Below are positions 59,838 through 64,000 of a DNA stretch of 64,000 nt, in pieces. The notes under the pieces are model-generated. The model searched no databases, was not told where the DNA came from, and saw nothing but the letters and a program-made list of their open reading frames with translations. How positions within the stretch are numbered: the stretch's first letter is position 1; the number at the start of each line of letters is the position of its first letter. Source of the stretch: Rhodanobacteraceae bacterium (GTDB lineage Bacteria; Pseudomonadota; Gammaproteobacteria; Xanthomonadales; Rhodanobacteraceae); assembly GCA_016790075.1 (NCBI GenBank), contig JAEUPP010000061.1:8225-72224 (forward strand). The letters are read 5' to 3'. Position numbers and translations under genes: made by a program.

Positions 59838-60569
59838 ATGACTTCAAAACAAGTACGCGCGCTGGTCACCGGCGGCAGTGGCGATCTCGGCAGTGCCATA
59901 TGCACAGTACTCGCAAACCAGGGCATGCACGTGATCGTGCACGCGAACAGCGGGTTTGCCCGGGCAGAGGCCGTAGTCGACGCGATCCGCAGCACCGGCG
60001 GTTCGGCCGAGCCGATTGCGTTCGACCTCTGCGACGCCGACGCAACCCGTGCAGCGCTGGACGGCCTGCTGGCCAGTGAACCGATTTCTGTACTAGTCCA
60101 CAATGCAGGAATACATGACGACACCCCCATGGCCGGCATGAGCGATGAACAGTGGCGCAAGGTCATCGACGTGTCGCTGCACGGGTTTTTCCGTGTAACC
60201 CAGCCCTTGCTGCTGCCTATGGCGCGACAGCGTCGCGGTCGCATCATCGCGATCTCCTCAGTCGCCGCGGTAATCGGCAATCGCGGCCAGACCAACTACG
60301 CCGCGGCCAAGGCCGGCCTGCACGGCGCGGTTAAGTCCCTCGCGCGCGAGATGGCGAGTCGGGGTATCACCGCCAACGTGGTTGCACCCGGCGTCATTGC
60401 CGGAAAACTCAGCGACGCGACGTTTTCACCGGAACAGATTCGCCAGATGGTACCCATGGCACGCGCGGGCAAGCCCGAGGAAGTCGCCGCGCTCGTAGCG
60501 TTCCTCGCCAGCGACGCGGCAGGCTATGTTTCCGGCCAGATCATCGGTGTGAACGGCGGCATGGGTTAG
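59838..60569 (+). CDS. fabG: 3-oxoacyl-ACP reductase
   Basis: LVTGGSGDLG, VHNAGI, ISSV, YAAAK, NVVAPG. Confidence 0.9.
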   Translation: MTSKQVRALVTGGSGDLGSAICTVLANQGMHVIVHANSGFARAEAVVDAIRSTGGSAEPIAFDLCDADATRAALDGLLASEPISVLVHNAGIHDDTPMAGMSDEQWRKVIDVSLHGFFRVTQPLLLPMARQRRGRIIAISSVAAVIGNRGQTNYAAAKAGLHGAVKSLAREMASRGITANVVAPGVIAGKLSDATFSPEQIRQMVPMARAGKPEEVAALVAFLASDAAGYVSGQIIGVNGGMG

Positions 60570-60634
60570 TACAACGCAATACCGGCAGTACGGACCAAAC
60601 TCAGGCCACGACTTTCAACTCACGCAGCCAAGAC

Positions 60635-61081
60635 ATGGACACGATCAATTTCTACCGTACCAGCGACGACTTCGGCGAGTTCTCCAATTTCTCCGCACAT
60701 CCTATCAAGCTGGATGGCGTTCGCTGGCCCACGTCGGAACATTATTTTCAGGCGCAGAAGTTCCACGACGCGGCTTACCGCGAACGGATACGCAATACAC
60801 ATTCGCCCATGGAGGCGGCGAATCTCGGCCGCGATCGCCGGCAGAAGCTGCGCGGCGACTGGGAGTCGGTCAAGGTCGAAGTCATGCGCAAGGCGCTGCG
60901 CGCAAAGTTCACCCAGCATGACGAACTCACGGCTCTGCTGCTGTCGACCGGCGATGCCACGCTCGTCGAACATACGACCAACGACAGCTACTGGGGTGAC
61001 GGTGGCGACGGCCGCGGCAGGAACATGCTCGGCCAGCTGCTGATGCAGCTGCGTGACGAACTGCAGAAGGCCAAGCCATAA
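60635..61081 (+). CDS. NADAR (YbiA/DUF1768) family protein
   Basis: FSNF, WPTSEHYFQAQKF, KFTQH, LLSTG, DSYWGDGGDGRGRNMLGQLLM. Confidence 0.93.
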   Translation: MDTINFYRTSDDFGEFSNFSAHPIKLDGVRWPTSEHYFQAQKFHDAAYRERIRNTHSPMEAANLGRDRRQKLRGDWESVKVEVMRKALRAKFTQHDELTALLLSTGDATLVEHTTNDSYWGDGGDGRGRNMLGQLLMQLRDELQKAKP

Positions 61082-61212
61082 CCACGCTAGCCCCCAAACT
61101 CCTGCGGCATGCCTCACCGATGCGGTGGGGCACGCGCGATAGAGCACTCTGAAAGCGCAACTGTGCTACCGATCGCGTTCTGTTCCGATGGTGGCGCGGC
61201 CACGTTCCGCAA

Positions 61213-62490
61213 TCACGGGAGTTCGAACGAGTTCTGGAACAACCTGTCCACTCGCGCGAGCTTGAGATCCTGATTGGCAAAATCGTAGTAGCTCAGCACC
61301 AGTTGCCCGGACGCATCCTGTTGCAGAGACGTGTGCTGACCCACATCGCTGGCGCTGTCAAGAACATCGATCTCCCAGCTCGGAGAAGCACTCCCACAGC
61401 GGGCAGTGCAGGTAGCCAGTTTCAGATCTCCGCCAGTCGTGCTGTAGTAACTCACGACCGGCTGATTGTTCGCATTCAACTGCAACGACGTAAACCAGCC
61501 CACCGTGCCCGCACTGTCGGCTACTACGATTTGCCAGACAGGGCTGGCGCTGTTGCAGCCAGCACTGCAGGTAGCGACTTTGAGAACTCGATTGGTGTGG
61601 TCGTAATAACTGATCACCGGCTGGCCGGTAGAACCCAGCTGCAGCGAGGTATACCAGCCAGCGGTACCCGCGCTGTCGACAGTGACGATCAACCAGACCG
61701 GACTCGCGCCTGCGCAGTTGGCGGTGCAGGAAGCCAACTTCAGATCGCCGTTGGTTCTGTCGAAGTAGCTGACAACCGGCTGGCCGCTCGCATTGAGTTG
61801 CAGGGACGTGTACCAGCCAACATCGTCAGCGCTGTCGATCGTGACCACTTGCCAGGTCGGATTCGGACCGGTGCAATTGGCGGTGCAGGTAGCGAGCTTG
61901 AGATCACCGTTGGTTCGGTCGTAGTAGCTCACTACCGGCCGGTTGTCCGCATGGAGCTGCAGCGAGGAATGCTGTCCGACTGCTGCGGAACCATCGACTG
62001 AAACGATCTGCCAGACAGGATTGGGGCTCGTACAGGCCGACTTGCAGGTCGCCAGTTTGAGATCGCTGTTGGTCGCATCGTAATAGCTCACTACGGGGCG
62101 ACCGCTGGTGTCCAATTGCAAGGAAGTGTATTCCCCGACAGCGCCCAAACTGTCCACGGTGACGATCTGCCAGGTTGGGCTGGCGGTGTTGCAATTCGCG
62201 GTGCAGCTAGCCAGCCTGAGGTTAATCTCGCTACTGTAGAAGTAGCTGATTACCGGCTGCCCGCTCCCATTCAATTGCAATGAGCTGTACTGCCCGACAC
62301 TGCCGGTGCTGTCGACCGTAACCATCTGGGCATCGGCCAACTTGCCGCCCGCGAGGGCGGCGAACGCCACCATACCGACGCACCAACGGCCAGCCCAGGC
62401 TGAACATCTGTTGCGACGATTGGTCTGTAGGCCTGCAACAGGCTCGTCGGGCCTCGGCAGCCTAAATCCAGCTCCGTTTTTCCTTCCCAT
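61213..62490 (-). CDS. Secreted seven-repeat (53 aa) beta-propeller-like protein ending DRLFQNSFELP
   Basis: Seven copies of WQIVTVDSxGxVGxYTSLQLxxxGxPVVSYYDxTNxDLKLAxCxAxC; start could also be 62373. Confidence 0.85.
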   Translation of the reverse strand: MGRKNGAGFRLPRPDEPVAGLQTNRRNRCSAWAGRWCVGMVAFAALAGGKLADAQMVTVDSTGSVGQYSSLQLNGSGQPVISYFYSSEINLRLASCTANCNTASPTWQIVTVDSLGAVGEYTSLQLDTSGRPVVSYYDATNSDLKLATCKSACTSPNPVWQIVSVDGSAAVGQHSSLQLHADNRPVVSYYDRTNGDLKLATCTANCTGPNPTWQVVTIDSADDVGWYTSLQLNASGQPVVSYFDRTNGDLKLASCTANCAGASPVWLIVTVDSAGTAGWYTSLQLGSTGQPVISYYDHTNRVLKVATCSAGCNSASPVWQIVVADSAGTVGWFTSLQLNANNQPVVSYYSTTGGDLKLATCTARCGSASPSWEIDVLDSASDVGQHTSLQQDASGQLVLSYYDFANQDLKLARVDRLFQNSFELP

Positions 62491-62699
62491 TGCAACGTTT
62501 CTCCGTAGCGCAAAGCGAGGCAATCTGGAGCGGGCATCTGACTGCTCGTCTGCCTTTCCGGAATGCCGATGGCCTGAAGCAGCCGCGGATCTTAACCAAT
62601 GGCAAAGCTGACGGACATCGTCGCTGCGCCGTGGCGAGGACTGAACACTTCGCCGGAACGGCACATCCACGCACCGCCGCGGAGCGCCTCAGCTGTTTG

Positions 62700-63242
62700 C
62701 TAGGGTTTTCCCGCCACCCCTACACGCTGCAAGAGTGTCCTGTAGAACAAGCCGTCGTCGGCTTCGATATCAACCCGGATGTCGTGAACTGCAGCATCGC
62801 CGAGCGCGTCAAGAACGTGCTCGCGCTGTACGCGTTCGTCAGCAGAGAAATACCAGTCGTGCTGTTGGCGCCAATCGAGCACGGCGATGAGTTCGGCGCG
62901 GCCGCCCAATGTATCGAGCAGCCGCTGCTCACGCGTACTGAGTTCCGTTCGCGCAGCCGCGTCAACTTGCCCGAGATAGGGCACCTCACGTGCCTGTGAC
63001 ACGATCAGCAGACGGCGCTGCGCACCGGGCGGTGCACGGTAGTCGTCGCGAACCTCCCAGGCTATTGGCAGATCGTTGTGCTCCGACTCGGCCCTGATCC
63101 AGCTGCCACGGCGTCTGCCGCCACGCGAAGGATCATCCTGCCCTGCATTCGCCGCCGACTGCGGCGCTACCGGCTCCGATGGTGCGCAACCCGCAAGCAA
63201 CGCGGTCAACACAAGCAACCCCGCGGTACAACGCGCCTTCAT
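62700..63242 (-). CDS. DUF695-like lipoprotein
   Basis: Lipobox LLAGC; AELIAV...DWYFSAD; ATG overlaps the stop of the upstream gene. Confidence 0.65.
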   Translation of the reverse strand: MKARCTAGLLVLTALLAGCAPSEPVAPQSAANAGQDDPSRGGRRRGSWIRAESEHNDLPIAWEVRDDYRAPPGAQRRLLIVSQAREVPYLGQVDAAARTELSTREQRLLDTLGGRAELIAVLDWRQQHDWYFSADERVQREHVLDALGDAAVHDIRVDIEADDGLFYRTLLQRVGVAGKP

Positions 63243-64000
63243 GCAGCGAACTCGAACAACAGCGGCGTCGCCTCCGCGTCGCCAGTGCCGGCAAGTCCTT
63301 CGATCGCCGGACAGTCCTGCTGCGCCTGAGCGACGATGCCGGCCGCAAGATTACGCAACATATCCACATTGCCGCGTATTCTCACCCTGACACTGTTATC
63401 GTCGAGCGGATCATGCAGGGTCGCATTGAGCTCACGGAACCACGGCAGCTCACCCTGATCGAGCATGACTGCCTGGTTAGCCGGTGGATTCAGTGCGGCC
63501 CAGCGACGGAAAAACGCCTGCATGCCGAGATTGAGCTCGCGTACCGATTCAAGCTCGGCGCGCAGATCGGCGAACAGCCGCAGGTCGGTCAGCCGGTTCT
63601 GGAAAACGATCTGACAGAGTACGCCCCAGTAGTAGGCATAGTCCCAGATCACCTTGGTCGACATGACCTCGGCGTCACCGAACAGCGCGTACTGGTCGCG
63701 GTAGAGGCTCATCGTCGATTCGTAGAACGAGAAGTAAAGCTGCTGATAGAACTTGGCGTAGGCGCCCACAGGATCGCCCTTGCGATCATGCTCGATCAGC
63801 GCGCAGATATACGTGTTCGAAATGCCGATGAAATCGTTGCCCGGGGAATAGAACGGATCGAGGAATACACCGGCTTCGCCGGTAATAGCCCAGCGATCGC
63901 CGGAGAAAACCTGCTTGCAGCTGTGGGAAAAGTCCCGCAGGAATTTGAAGTCGAGCAGCTTGTGACGACGGCGATCGCATTCACGCCAGACCAGCGGCTG
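63239..64000 (-). CDS. FAD-dependent halogenase-like oxidoreductase, C-terminal part (5' end outside the window)
   Basis: Open frame from the window edge: ...WAITGEAGVFLDPFYSPGNDF...KVIWDYAYYWG. Confidence 0.8.
   Translation of the reverse strand, partial: QPLVWRECDRRRHKLLDFKFLRDFSHSCKQVFSGDRWAITGEAGVFLDPFYSPGNDFIGISNTYICALIEHDRKGDPVGAYAKFYQQLYFSFYESTMSLYRDQYALFGDAEVMSTKVIWDYAYYWGVLCQIVFQNRLTDLRLFADLRAELESVRELNLGMQAFFRRWAALNPPANQAVMLDQGELPWFRELNATLHDPLDDNSVRVRIRGNVDMLRNLAAGIVAQAQQDCPAIEGLAGTGDAEATPLLFEFAA

Noticed and set aside
61303-62001. 232-aa plus-strand repetitive ORF
   Set aside because: Antisense shadow of the seven-repeat protein

Overview
GC-rich gammaproteobacterial chromosome segment. 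Gene order (groESL-cutA-dsbD-aroQ-accBC-prmA-fis-purH-polA) and protein styles suggest Xanthomonadales/Lysobacterales, probably Rhodanobacteraceae (inference). Left to right: (1) a minus-strand reductive pyrimidine catabolism operon plus a divergent secreted protein and cytosine deaminase; (2) hipBA with four ATTCA-N10-TGAAT operators; (3) groESL with a perfect CIRCE and a sigma32 promoter; (4) a housekeeping block ending in polA; (5) a C-rich-loop small RNA after polA, present twice because the polA 3' end plus the sRNA is duplicated about 3.8 kb downstream, where the polA copy has decayed but the RNA shows compensatory stem changes; (6) a wHTH-Ser/Thr kinase-TPR gene; (7) a GlcNAc/chito-oligosaccharide utilisation locus; (8) an accessory island with a 1375-aa membrane protein, a likely inactive alpha/beta-hydrolase, a RAYT-type HUH transposase flanked by non-palindromic repeats, and an IS630-like remnant; (9) part of an aryl-polyene/xanthomonadin-type cluster interrupted by unrelated genes. 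No tRNA, rRNA, CRISPR array or integrase was seen. All product names come from motif recognition, not database searches, and several starts were moved from the ORF track to codons with a better RBS or N-terminus.
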